Source: Eubacteriales bacterium (GTDB lineage Bacteria; Bacillota; Clostridia; Oscillospirales; CAG-272). From it: a DNA stretch of 64,000 bases. The position numbers were made by a program, and so were the translations under genes. Below are positions 1 to 9,903 of the stretch, piece after piece. The DNA lies in the NCBI GenBank assembly GCA_048526005.1, contig DBFVEH010000013.1:199-64198 (forward strand), written 5' to 3'. The notes beneath the pieces were generated by a model. The model was not told the DNA's origin. It saw nothing but the letters and a program-made list of their open reading frames with translations, and made no database searches. The number at the start of each line of letters is the position of its first letter. Position 1 is the first letter of the stretch.

Positions 1-850
1 TTCTTGTACGGACAAGAAAAGAACACGTTTCTCCTTTATCAAAGGAGAAGAATATGTACTTTTCTCCGCAGGGAGAAAAGATACCAAAAGAGCTGTTGAG
101 GCTCCGCCTCAAACTCCCATGCTTCTGTTGGGAAGCATATACACACGGCTCCCAACAGACGGAACCGCGCACCTGTGTGCGCTCTCCGTCATTCGCCGTG
201 CGGGAAGTAACTGCCGCTGGGAAGCCCGAACCCGCAGGCGCAAGGCGCGCGCCGCGTGAGCGCCTTCCGGTGCGATATTGACGAACATGGCGGCGATTGA
301 CGGATCACGCGAGCCCCGCGAGCGTGGACGCCGTCTTTCATAGCCGCCATCGAACCGCTGCCGGCCGCACGAACAGTCAAGCCGGAGGCTTGCGGCTTCT
401 TTTCGTTCTTTTCTTTCCGCAAAGAAAAGAACATGTTTCTCTCCTTTCCAAAGGAGAGGATATGTACTTTTCTCCGTAAAGAGAAAAGTACCAAAAGATT
501 TACCGAGACTCCGTCTCGGACTCTCAACTTTCTGCTGGGAAGCACATACCCACGGCTCGAGAGGTGTTGCAGTGCTCGCGAAGCTCGCACAGGCCACCAC
601 TCGCCGTGCGGGAAGTATGTGCCGCTGGGAAGCCTGCGCACGCAGGCGCAAGGCGCGCGCCGCGTGAGCGCACTCCGGTATGATATCAATAAAAACGGCG
701 GCGGTTGACGGATCACGCGAGCCCCGCGAGCGTGGACGCCGTCTTTTATAGCCGCCACCGAACCGCTGCCAGCCGCATATACGGCCAAGCGGAACGTTCG
801 CGGTTTCTTTTCGTTCTTTTCCCCCTCGCACAAGAAAAGGACATGAAATG
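1..850. repeat. Tandem array (one unit cut by the window edge plus two units) of a ~408-410 bp hairpin-dense mosaic repeat; same family as 12337-13212
   Basis: Anchor GAAAAGAACAYGTTTCTC recurs at 16 and 424, with a degenerate copy at 834. Long blocks are nearly identical between units (e.g. GGCGGCGRTTGACGGATCACGCGAGCCCCGCGAGCGTGGACGCCGTCTTT at ~289-340 and ~697-748). ORFs on both strands run through the units (track ORFs of 75-254 aa), but the translations are Arg/Pro-rich nonsense. Confidence 0.9.
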
Positions 851-965
851 TTAATTTTCTTTGAAAAGCACATTTATAAGGGAATTATTTGCAAAATAAT
901 ATTGCAAATAATTCCGGTTAATGATATACTAATCTTATAAGAATCTTAAAATAAGAGGTAAAAAT

Positions 966-2261
966 ATGAACTACAATAAGAAAACCATCGAGGATATCGA
1001 TGTTGCCGGCAAAAAAGTTCTTGTCAGATGCGATTTCAACGTCCCGCTCAAGGACGGCGTTATCACAAGCGACAAACGGATTGTCGAGGCGCTTCCTACC
1101 ATCAAATATCTGCTCGATAAGGGCTGCAAGGTCATCCTTTGCTCCCATATGGGCAAGCCGCATAACGTGCTGACCGAGGGCTTCGGACTCAACAAAAAGG
1201 AGAAAAAGAAGCTCGAAGAGCTTCCGGTGGAAAAACAGGCCGAGGCCAAGGCGGATCTGCTGAAAAAAGCGCTCGGAGACAAAGAAAAATTCTCTTTGAA
1301 GCCGGTTGCGGAGAGACTCAACGAATACCTCGGCGGCAAAGTGACGTTCGCTTCCGATATCGTCGGAGACGACGCAAAAGCGAAGATTGCCGCGCTGAAA
1401 GGCGGCGACGCCGTTCTGATCGAGAACGTGCGCTTTGACGCGAGAGAAGAGAAGAACGACGCGGAATTTTCAAAAGAGCTTGCCTCTCTTGCCGAGATTT
1501 ATGTCAATGACGCATTTGGTTCCGCGCACCGCGCACATGCGTCCACAGCGGGCGTAGCCGCTTATCTGCCGGCTGTCTGCGGATATCTCATCCAGAAGGA
1601 AATCGGCGTGATGGGCGCGGCTTTGGAAAATCCGAAGCGTCCGTTTGTCGCGATTCTCGGCGGTGCGAAGGTTTCCGATAAGATCGGCGTCATCAATAAC
1701 CTGATGGAGAAGGTCGATACCCTCATCATCGGCGGCGGTATGGCGTATACGTTTTTCGCCGCGATGGGAAATTCCGTCGGGACATCTCTCTGTGAGACGG
1801 ATAAAATCGAGGATGCAAAGGAAATGATGGTAAGGGCACGCGCCAAGGGTGTCAATTTCCTCATTCCGGTCGATAACGTAGTCGGACGCGAATATGACGA
1901 AAACACCACGCATATGGTGATCTATTCCGACTCCATTCCGGACGGATGGATGGGACTTGACATCGGTCCTGTGACCCGTGAGCTGTTTTCTAAGACCATC
2001 GAGGGCGCCGGCACCGTCGTTTGGAACGGACCGATGGGCGTTTCCGAATGGGCGAATTTCGCGGCGGGCACCGAATCCGTTGCGAAGGCTGTCGCCGATT
2101 CCGGCGCGATTTCCATTATCGGCGGCGGAGATTCTGCGGCTGCGGTGGAGAAGCTCGGCTTTGCCGACAAAATGACGCACATTTCGACAGGCGGCGGCGC
2201 ATCGCTTGAATTCCTTGAGGGCAAGGAGCTTCCCGGAATCGCCTGCCTGCTCGACAAATGA
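966..2261 (+). CDS. pgk: Phosphoglycerate kinase
   Basis: N-terminus [12 protein letters not shown] and motifs [30 protein letters not shown]; RBS AAGAGG before the ATG; followed by tpiA. Confidence 0.95.
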   Translation: MNYNKKTIEDIDVAGKKVLVRCDFNVPLKDGVITSDKRIVEALPTIKYLLDKGCKVILCSHMGKPHNVLTEGFGLNKKEKKKLEELPVEKQAEAKADLLKKALGDKEKFSLKPVAERLNEYLGGKVTFASDIVGDDAKAKIAALKGGDAVLIENVRFDAREEKNDAEFSKELASLAEIYVNDAFGSAHRAHASTAGVAAYLPAVCGYLIQKEIGVMGAALENPKRPFVAILGGAKVSDKIGVINNLMEKVDTLIIGGGMAYTFFAAMGNSVGTSLCETDKIEDAKEMMVRARAKGVNFLIPVDNVVGREYDENTTHMVIYSDSIPDGWMGLDIGPVTRELFSKTIEGAGTVVWNGPMGVSEWANFAAGTESVAKAVADSGAISIIGGGDSAAAVEKLGFADKMTHISTGGGASLEFLEGKELPGIACLLDK

Positions 2262-2283
2262 TCGGATGTAGGGGGAAGAGACG

Positions 2284-3051
2284 ATGGACAAAGCAAAACG
2301 GACTGCCGTCATCGCGGGAAACTGGAAGATGAATATGACCCCTGCCAAGACGACGGCATTTATAAAGGAGCTTGCTCCGAAGGTCGCAGGACTTGACGGC
2401 TGCAAGATCGTGCTCTGCGTTCCGTATGTGGATATCGCGGCGGCTGTAGAAGCGGCCAAGGGCACGAATATCGAGATCGGCGCCGAAAACGTTCATATGG
2501 AGCCGAAGGGCGCCTATACGGGCGAGATTTCCGGCGAGATGCTCGCCGAATGCGGCGTAAAATATGTCATTGTCGGTCACAGTGAGCGCCGTCAGTATTT
2601 TGGGGAAACCGATGTGACGGTGAACGGCAGGCTGAAAGCCGGTCTTGCGAACGGACTGCGCGTGATTCTTTGCGTCGGAGAGACGCTCACGGAGCGCGAG
2701 CAGGGCATCACGGCCGAGACGGTGTCAAGACAGACGAAGATCGCACTGCTCGGCGTGTCGGCGGAAGAGCTGAAAAACGTCATCATCGCGTATGAGCCTG
2801 TTTGGGCGATCGGCACCGGCAAAACGGCGACGGCAGCTCAGGCGGAAGAGGTCTGTGCGGCGATCCGCGGTGTGGTCGCATCGCTTTACGGTGCCGATGC
2901 GGCGGGGGCGACGACGATCCAGTATGGCGGCTCGATGAACGCGGGCAACGCCGCGGAGCTGCTCTCGATGGAGAACATCGACGGCGGGCTTATCGGCGGC
3001 GCGTCGCTCAAGTCCGATGATTTTACTGTAATTGTAAAAGCAGCACAGTGA
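2284..3051 (+). CDS. tpiA: Triosephosphate isomerase
   Basis: Motifs GNWKMN, VGHSERR, AYEPVWAIGTG, GGASL; RBS GGGGGAAGAG. Confidence 0.95.
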   Translation: MDKAKRTAVIAGNWKMNMTPAKTTAFIKELAPKVAGLDGCKIVLCVPYVDIAAAVEAAKGTNIEIGAENVHMEPKGAYTGEISGEMLAECGVKYVIVGHSERRQYFGETDVTVNGRLKAGLANGLRVILCVGETLTEREQGITAETVSRQTKIALLGVSAEELKNVIIAYEPVWAIGTGKTATAAQAEEVCAAIRGVVASLYGADAAGATTIQYGGSMNAGNAAELLSMENIDGGLIGGASLKSDDFTVIVKAAQ

Positions 3052-3068
3052 CGAAAATGGAATATCAG

Positions 3069-3099
3069 AAAAAACCCCGTCTATCGACGGGGCTTTTTT
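3069..3099 (+). terminator. Intrinsic terminator of pgk-tpiA
   Basis: Stem CCCCGTC/GACGGGG (3075-3092) followed by CTTTTTT. Confidence 0.8.
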
Positions 3100-3118
3100 G
3101 GCGGCTGAAAAATTCGAT

Positions 3119-3154
3119 GAAAAAACCACCGGCTGATAAAAGCCGGTGGTTTTT
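3119..3154 (-). terminator. Intrinsic terminator of the minus-strand ABC operon (bidirectional hairpin)
   Basis: Stem CCACCGGCT/AGCCGGTGG (3126-3149), flanked by an A-run on the plus strand (a T-run on the minus strand). Confidence 0.7.
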
Positions 3155-3194
3155 GAAAAAGTCAATGACCGCTAAATTCTACAAGCTGTTTTTG

Positions 3195-5390
3195 TCAGTT
3201 CACGCCCATCGTGTCGATTTCTTCACCGTTGAGAAGCTTATGCGTATCGGAGAAAAGCTTGTCGATTGTCGCAGTACGGATATAGACTCCCTCTGTAGCA
3301 CGTTCGGTCTCTGTGCTGAGCAGCTCTTTTTCCCCGCCTGATGAGAGTCTGTAGGTGTTGGTCGTGATGGTCGGTACGACGTACATATAGGTCGGATTCA
3401 GCTGTCTTACCGTATTTCCGTTGATATCGGTATATTCGTCGTACAAATCGTAAATCTCGTATTCGTAGATTGTCTCGTCATATTCGCCGGAGGCGTTGTC
3501 CGGAAGAAACACCGTCACCTTGACGAGCCCGTTTCCGTCGTCGTCAAAGCCGTTCGGCTTTTCGACAGCGTCATTGGAGTCGACGGATTTTAAGAAGAAA
3601 CGCTTGGCATCCTCGTCATAAAATGCTCTGTCGTATGTGACCTGCCGCGTTGTCCCATCCGGAAGTGTCGTTGTGACAACAACGTTGTGGCAGAGGATAT
3701 TGCCTCCCTGATCGCGCAGCTGGGTTTCCTTGGTGCCGTTTGCACTGTATTTATAATATGAAATGCCGTGATCCTTCGGAGCGGTTTTGACGCGGACGAT
3801 CTTTGCCGGTGTGGAATCGACGCTGGTCATGTCCGTATCGATTTCCGCATAGAGCGCGAGCTTTCTTGTGATGAGAACGTAATAAAGATCGCGGAAGATC
3901 TCAAATTCTCCTTCATATTGGACGCCGCTGCCTACTTTGGTATAGGAGGTATCGTATACGAGCGGAATTTTTGTTCCCTCAGCTGTCACTCTATAAACAA
4001 TGGCTCCGTTATCGCCGGAGGTGGTGACCTCCACATGACGATTGCGCTCTTTTCCGGTGATGGTAAAGCGCAGATCGATGCCGTCGCGTTCCGAGATCAG
4101 CTCAAAATATTCCGTGCTGGTGAAATATTCAAAGTACATATAAGGATTGGTGAAGTTTGCAACGCTCCACTCAACGAAAGCAAAGTTTTCCGCCTGCACT
4201 TTTCCAATCACCTCATAGGAGGGCGAATAAACGTAATAATATTCAACGCCGTCTAAATCGGTAAATTTTTTGCTGAAATACAGAATAGAGGCTTTTTCCG
4301 AATAATTTTCAGATTCGGGGTCGGCACAGTTGAAGAGCAGAAGGGCATAGTTATGATCCGTTGCGGTTTCGATGCGTTCCTTATCGATGTCGAGCCCGAA
4401 TTTTTCATATACCTCGGGATCGTAGATGGATTCTCCGTATGCGACAATGCTGTCCGCCGTCACGGAGAGAAGCTGCATTAAAACATCGGAGCCGTAAACG
4501 TCTTCATTAATGAGATAGGATTTCGGGTACAGCATTTGGTAGGTCTGACTGGCAGCGGAAATCCCCTGCTCTTCGACAAGTCCGACCTGGATGATGACCT
4601 CGCGTTCTCCTGAGCTGCCGATTCGGGCAAGCGAGAAGTTGGACGTATTGTAAATGTCATTTCCGTAAGCGGGTGCCAGCGTCGTCGAAACAAGAAATGA
4701 GCTTTCAGCCAGCACGGTGCTGGAAAGTCCCGACTGAAGGGCATATACGATGTCATATTCGGAAACGGTGCCGTCCTCGTTTGTAACGGTGTTTTTCCGT
4801 CCTTCCAAAATCACGTAATAGCCTTTTGAGGTGGTCAGCGCGTTTCCGACATAGATCCGATAGGAGGAGCCGTCGACAAGCGTTACCTCGAACCATGAGG
4901 GATCGGAGGCCTCGTCGAGGCCGTAATGGCTGAGATCCTCCTCCGTCGCCCTTTCGTTGACTCTGTCCTGCCCTGCCGGAGAATTGGTCACAAGCACTCT
5001 TACATCTCCAAGTAAGGAGGAAACCTGCTCGTTTGAAAGAGCAATGTGCTCGTTTCCCTCGATCATGAACAGAATGGCGCCGTTGGATTCGTATGCGAGA
5101 AGCTTGTAATGCTCGTTTTCGTTTTTGATTTCGATGGATTGGATCTCCGAACGCTCGTATTGGCGAAGGATATAGATGGATTTGTTCTGATAGACCTCGC
5201 CGTCGAAAAGCGTGGGAACATAATTTTCCTCTGCGCGCAGCAGCGGGGCGATCGCCGCGAAATAGACGAGCACGCCTACGAGCGCACAGCAGCCGAGAAT
5301 AATCGAGATTTTGGCGGTTTTTTGGAGCGAAGTTTTTTCAACGTCGCTCTTTGTGAAAAGCGCCTTGATTTTTTGCCAGAATTTTTTCAT
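3195..5390 (-). CDS. Large membrane-anchored protein, last gene of the GldA/F/G-like ABC operon (DUF4340-like position)
   Basis: Start chosen at MKKFWQKIKALF, whose ATGA overlaps the upstream stop. One N-terminal TM helix, then a long extracytoplasmic region. The family call rests on operon position only. Confidence 0.45.
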   Translation of the reverse strand: MKKFWQKIKALFTKSDVEKTSLQKTAKISIILGCCALVGVLVYFAAIAPLLRAEENYVPTLFDGEVYQNKSIYILRQYERSEIQSIEIKNENEHYKLLAYESNGAILFMIEGNEHIALSNEQVSSLLGDVRVLVTNSPAGQDRVNERATEEDLSHYGLDEASDPSWFEVTLVDGSSYRIYVGNALTTSKGYYVILEGRKNTVTNEDGTVSEYDIVYALQSGLSSTVLAESSFLVSTTLAPAYGNDIYNTSNFSLARIGSSGEREVIIQVGLVEEQGISAASQTYQMLYPKSYLINEDVYGSDVLMQLLSVTADSIVAYGESIYDPEVYEKFGLDIDKERIETATDHNYALLLFNCADPESENYSEKASILYFSKKFTDLDGVEYYYVYSPSYEVIGKVQAENFAFVEWSVANFTNPYMYFEYFTSTEYFELISERDGIDLRFTITGKERNRHVEVTTSGDNGAIVYRVTAEGTKIPLVYDTSYTKVGSGVQYEGEFEIFRDLYYVLITRKLALYAEIDTDMTSVDSTPAKIVRVKTAPKDHGISYYKYSANGTKETQLRDQGGNILCHNVVVTTTLPDGTTRQVTYDRAFYDEDAKRFFLKSVDSNDAVEKPNGFDDDGNGLVKVTVFLPDNASGEYDETIYEYEIYDLYDEYTDINGNTVRQLNPTYMYVVPTITTNTYRLSSGGEKELLSTETERATEGVYIRTATIDKLFSDTHKLLNGEEIDTMGVN

Positions 5391-6994
5391 GAATGGCGTC
5401 TCCTTATATAAACATAGACTCCGAATCCTGCAACCAGTATCGGGATGACCACGACGCAGACAATCGTCCAAGCGCTTGCCGCAGAGGTCGATACCGTCAG
5501 TGCAGAGCTGTCGAATTCTTTGTAATCTATGCCTTCAAAGGTCGTAACGCTGTCCCACATAAGATTCAGCAGCGCATACATGATGCTTCTGTTGGCGCAG
5601 GAGCCTTCATATTCGCTGGAAAGAAAATCCGCCGAGCCAAGTGCGACGACATAGCTTACCTCGTTTGCGTTGAGCTCCCATACCATCCGCGACACGCCGA
5701 GCAGCGGGACCGAGCCGGTGGAGGTTTCTCCATCCGAGGTCCCCCGTGTACGTGCGGTGTCATAGGTTTGGAGCAAGGCAAAGGAAGATGCGGAGCCGTT
5801 CATGCCCTTCGGGATCTCGCTGTCGTCGAGGATGACGATTTCCTTCGGTGTTGAAAAAATGGTTGTCGGAAGATTGGAGGTGGTTCCGAACATTTTATCC
5901 AAAATCTGCGTGGCCATGGAGGGGGAGCTTTCGCTCGGCTTGTAGGTCTGCGTGTAGTCCACGATCACCTTGGCCGCGCCGGAGGAGGAAACGGAATGCT
6001 TGTCGTCGGTAACGGAGCCGCCGAAGCCGAGTCCCCATTCGGACAGGAGCCCTTCGAGCGCCGGCAGCTTCGGCGTGGAGGCATCCTCGACGACGATCAT
6101 GTTGCCGTAATTGGTGCCGAGGAAGGTCCTGATCTTTTTGACCTCGGAAACCTCCGTCGTCGAGAGCAGGTCGTATTTCGGACAGTTGATGATGACGATG
6201 CTGTCGTTGCTTGCTCCCTCTACGGGGAAATCCTCATTTGAGAGATTGATCTCCTGTACCTCGAAGCCGGCGAGCTCCAATACCTCCTGCCAGTCCGCAG
6301 CTTCTTCAAGCGTCGGTTCGCCATGCCCTTGCAGATAGTAGGCGACGGGCTTTTCCGTTTGCCCTGTGAGCTGCGCGACTGCGGAGAGCAGTCGCGCCTC
6401 CGCGTTATAGCCGATATAGCTGCCGCTCGAGGAGTCCGCCGTAAAGAAGGATTCGATCGCATATTTTTTCGCGGGGACGTTTTCGAGCGCGTTGTGATTT
6501 TCATCGCAGAGCTCAAGGACGACATCGGAGAGCGCCGGCGTATCGAGCGCCGTTCTCTTGTATTTTTCGGCAAGCTCGGGATGGACCGTCGTATTGTAGG
6601 CGACAAGCTCTATGTTGTCGAATTCCGCCACCAGCTCCTTCAACGTCCGGTATACCATGGCGGTCAGCGAGTTCATCCCTTTAAAATAGTCCTCCTCTGC
6701 CATCAGGACGATATTGAGGTATACGGGCTTTCCGTCCATCGTTTTAGAGAGCAGCTCCCCCATTTTTTCGGAAAAGGTGTCGGACAGCGAGTAGATGCCT
6801 GCTGCGGTCATGTCCGTATACCAGCCGTAAACGGAGGACAGCGAGGTCGCAATGATGTTCAAAACGATGATAAGCGCAACGAATATGACCGTGACGATGA
6901 CGGACAGGGAACCGTATTTCAGATTTCGCTTGTCGGACGGACGCTTCGTCTCGACTGCGTCCTTTCCGCTGTTTTTCTCTTTGTTGTTTGCCAT
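5387..6994 (-). CDS. GldG-like ABC transporter auxiliary component
   Basis: N-terminal and C-terminal TM helices flank a large extracytoplasmic domain. Sits directly downstream of the ABC-2 permease, as in GldA/F/G-type operons. Confidence 0.65.
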   Translation of the reverse strand: MANNKEKNSGKDAVETKRPSDKRNLKYGSLSVIVTVIFVALIIVLNIIATSLSSVYGWYTDMTAAGIYSLSDTFSEKMGELLSKTMDGKPVYLNIVLMAEEDYFKGMNSLTAMVYRTLKELVAEFDNIELVAYNTTVHPELAEKYKRTALDTPALSDVVLELCDENHNALENVPAKKYAIESFFTADSSSGSYIGYNAEARLLSAVAQLTGQTEKPVAYYLQGHGEPTLEEAADWQEVLELAGFEVQEINLSNEDFPVEGASNDSIVIINCPKYDLLSTTEVSEVKKIRTFLGTNYGNMIVVEDASTPKLPALEGLLSEWGLGFGGSVTDDKHSVSSSGAAKVIVDYTQTYKPSESSPSMATQILDKMFGTTSNLPTTIFSTPKEIVILDDSEIPKGMNGSASSFALLQTYDTARTRGTSDGETSTGSVPLLGVSRMVWELNANEVSYVVALGSADFLSSEYEGSCANRSIMYALLNLMWDSVTTFEGIDYKEFDSSALTVSTSAASAWTIVCVVVIPILVAGFGVYVYIRRRHS

Positions 6995-7009
6995 GTTTTT
7001 CTCCCCCTC

Positions 7010-7726
7010 TTACGATCTCGACCAGCGGCGCTTTTCAAAGACTCTTACCGTGAGGAAAAGGAATACGGCGGAAAGCGACACGAAATAGATCAGTGAATCA
7101 TAGCTGAAAATGCCGTTTGCAAAATACGCATACCGGCTTGTTATGGAAATACCGGAGAGGATATTCCGAATGAACTCGTTGTTGATATAGCTGTTGAGCG
7201 AGCTGATGAAAAGCAACAGCACGATCGCGCCGATGGTGCCGAACGCGGAGATGAACTGATTTTCCGTCAGGGAGGAGATGAAAATCCCGATGGAGATGAA
7301 CGCGCTGCCGACGAGGAATACGCCGAGGACACAGCCGACGTACATAGCGGTGTTCGGCTCCCCGTAAAGAGAGAGCGGAATATAATATACAATGGAGGAA
7401 AGGAGAAATGAACCGCCGAACATCGTGAGCGCGGCAAGGTATTTGCCGAACACGATTCCCGCGAGCGTGACGGGCGCCGTCATGATGAGCTGATCGGTCC
7501 TCATTTTTCTTTCCTCGCTGACGAGCTTCATGGTGATCAGCGGAATGATGATGACAAACAGGAACAGCAGAATGGAAAAATAGCTGGAAAAGCTGCTGTT
7601 TGAGCCTGCCTGGACGGTATACGTCATGAAAAGGAATGCGCTCACCGCGAAGAAGATCGCGCAGAACATATATCCCACCGGGGATGCGAAATAGGCGCGC
7701 ATTTCGCGCTTATAAATTGCAAGCAT
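7010..7726 (-). CDS. ABC-2 type transporter permease (GldF-like)
   Basis: N-terminus IYKREMRAYFASPVGY and about 6 predicted TM segments; lies between the ATPase and the GldG-like gene. Confidence 0.75.
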   Translation of the reverse strand: MLAIYKREMRAYFASPVGYMFCAIFFAVSAFLFMTYTVQAGSNSSFSSYFSILLFLFVIIIPLITMKLVSEERKMRTDQLIMTAPVTLAGIVFGKYLAALTMFGGSFLLSSIVYYIPLSLYGEPNTAMYVGCVLGVFLVGSAFISIGIFISSLTENQFISAFGTIGAIVLLLFISSLNSYINNEFIRNILSGISITSRYAYFANGIFSYDSLIYFVSLSAVFLFLTVRVFEKRRWSRS

Positions 7727-7740
7727 GTCGATTTGCCTCC

Positions 7741-8715
7741 TTACGCCTGTTTTTTGCCGGATTTGGCGGAGGCTTCTTCCGCTTCCGCTTCGTCTACGAC
7801 GGAGATGAAGATGTCTTCAAGGTTCGCGCCCGCAAATTCAAGCGACAGGATCGGCCATGAATTCTGCGCGAGCATGTAGAAAATCGGTTTGCGCACGTCG
7901 ATGGTGTTTTTGCTTTCAACGATGAAGACTGCGGACCCGTCCTCGAATTTTTGAGAAATTTCCGCGTAAACCACGCCGTTGATCTTCTTGATGGCGGAAA
8001 GCACGCTCGCCGCGGGACCGTCGATGCGGATGACGATCCGGCGGTTCCCGCGCAGAGCGCCCTCGATATTCTCCGTTTTTTCGTCTGCGACGATCTTTCC
8101 TTCGTTGATGATGAGGATCCGGTCGCAGACCGCCTTTACCTCGGATAAAATATGCGTGCTGAGAATGATGGTCCTTTCGCGCCCAAGCTCGCGGATCAGA
8201 TTCCGGATGTCGATGATCTGCTTCGGGTCGAGTCCGTTTGTCGGCTCGTCGAAGATGATGACCTCCGGATTGCCGACGATGGCGCCGGCGATTCCGACTC
8301 TTTGACGGTAGCCCTTGGAGAGATTTTTGATCATCCTGTTCATGGTGTCCTCGATCTTGACGACCCGACAGATTTCCGCGATGTGTTCCCTGCGGTTAAG
8401 CGTGCATTTTTTCAGGTCATAAATGAAATTCAGGTATTCCTTGACCGTCATTTCGAGGTAAAGAGGCGGCATTTCCGGCAGAAAGCCGATTTTTTTCTTG
8501 ACGGCCATCGGATGCTCCAATATATCGAGTCCGTCGATCATGGCCCTGCCGGATGTGGAGGAAAGATATCCCGTGAGAATGTTCATCGTCGTGGATTTTC
8601 CCGCGCCGTTCGGCCCGAGAAAGCCGACGATCTCTCCCTTTTTCACCTCAAAGCTGATGTCGTTTACGGCATACCGCTCGCCGTATTTTTTGGTCAGATG
8701 CTCAACCTTTATCAT
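7741..8715 (-). CDS. ABC transporter ATP-binding protein
   Basis: Walker A GPNGAGKST, signature LSKGYRQR, Walker B IIFDEPTNGLD. Start trimmed to MIKVEHL, which has RBS GGAAGGGG. Confidence 0.9.
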   Translation of the reverse strand: MIKVEHLTKKYGERYAVNDISFEVKKGEIVGFLGPNGAGKSTTMNILTGYLSSTSGRAMIDGLDILEHPMAVKKKIGFLPEMPPLYLEMTVKEYLNFIYDLKKCTLNRREHIAEICRVVKIEDTMNRMIKNLSKGYRQRVGIAGAIVGNPEVIIFDEPTNGLDPKQIIDIRNLIRELGRERTIILSTHILSEVKAVCDRILIINEGKIVADEKTENIEGALRGNRRIVIRIDGPAASVLSAIKKINGVVYAEISQKFEDGSAVFIVESKNTIDVRKPIFYMLAQNSWPILSLEFAGANLEDIFISVVDEAEAEEASAKSGKKQA

Positions 8716-8829
8716 AGTATCCGATACCCCTTCCGAGCTTATCCGGACAGGCCGGACAGCTACCAATAGTATATATTATAGATGTAAATAAACCTTGAAC
8801 CCGATGAAAATGCCCGTTCATATTTGCAT

Positions 8830-9702
8830 TCATTCGATCACGCGGACACGGCGCGGCAGGCATTTTACTGTCACTTCGGGATAATCGCCGCCGAATTCGC
8901 CGTCGAGCGTCCACGGCGCGCTGCCCTCAAAGCGGAAGGTGATTTCCTCCGCGGAGAATTTATAGACGAAATCGTTTTTCGTCTTTGGTGTGAGCAGTCC
9001 CGACAGCGCCTGCTGGAGCTGTCCCGGCGTGTCGGGATAGCGGATCATCATGACCTCGAGCCTGCCGTCGCGCAGCTCCTCCGCGGAATTGCCCTCAAAA
9101 AAGCGGATCCCTCCGACGGTTTTGGAGTTTGCGACCATGCCGTAAATGAAATCGTCGGTAATCTGCTGTCCCTCATAGAGAAAGGAAACACGGATCGGCG
9201 TCAGGGAGAAGAGCCGTTTTGCGGCTTCCGCAATGTAAGCGGTGCGGCCAAACGACGCCTTTGTGATCTGCGGCGTGAGATAAGCGACGTCCGTGAACGC
9301 GCCGAAGGCCGCCACATAGGAAAAGGGAAGCTCCCCGAGAAGTCCCACGTCATATTCGACCGGCGTGCCGGAAACGATTTTCTCGATTGCACCCTTGATT
9401 CCCTTCGGGATTTTATGGCTGGTCGCGAAATCGTTGACCGTCCCCGTCGGGATATATCCGAGCATGGGGCTTGTCCCCCCGAGATAAAGGCCGCGGATCG
9501 TTTCGTTGAGCGTACCGTCTCCGCCGCAGCAGACCACCGCGCCGTATTCTCCCGATTTTTCCTTTACGACGCGCGCGATATCTCCGGTCTGCTTTGAAAA
9601 ATACACCGTTACGAAATCGAAGCGCGTGAGAAGTCCTGCCGTGATGTCGTATACCCATCGCTTCGCCTCGCCGTCGCCCGAGTTCGGATTGATGATGAGC
9701 AA
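8830..9702 (-). CDS. Diacylglycerol kinase family lipid kinase (YegS/BmrU type)
   Basis: N-terminus MLIINPNSG and the GGDGTLNE motif. Confidence 0.85.
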   Translation of the reverse strand: MLIINPNSGDGEAKRWVYDITAGLLTRFDFVTVYFSKQTGDIARVVKEKSGEYGAVVCCGGDGTLNETIRGLYLGGTSPMLGYIPTGTVNDFATSHKIPKGIKGAIEKIVSGTPVEYDVGLLGELPFSYVAAFGAFTDVAYLTPQITKASFGRTAYIAEAAKRLFSLTPIRVSFLYEGQQITDDFIYGMVANSKTVGGIRFFEGNSAEELRDGRLEVMMIRYPDTPGQLQQALSGLLTPKTKNDFVYKFSAEEITFRFEGSAPWTLDGEFGGDYPEVTVKCLPRRVRVIE

Positions 9703-9903
9703 TGCGTTGTTTTCCGTTTCCGCGCACCTCTTTTCGTAGCATAATTACAGCGTTCCTACAAGATAATGTTAATTATAACCTGTTTTCCCTCAAAAATCAA
9801 GTCAATTGCCGTTCAAATTGCCTGAAACCGCGATATTTTTTTCCTCCGTTGACTTTGGCTGCCATATATTGTATAATATTGACCATAATAAAGGACGAAG
9901 GAA

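Noticed and set aside
54-873. Long ORFs on both strands across the repeat arrays (e.g. 109..873 minus 254 aa, 189..833 minus 214 aa, 12505..13212 minus 235 aa), and the SD-like AAAGGAGAAGAATATG inside each unit
   Set aside because: The translations are Arg/Pro/Ala-rich low-complexity sequence and several frames are open at once, as expected for GC-rich repeats. The SD-like ATG is followed by a stop after 5 codons in three of the four copies (MYFSP*, MCFSH*), so no ORF is conserved. The SD-like sequence is one arm of a hairpin.
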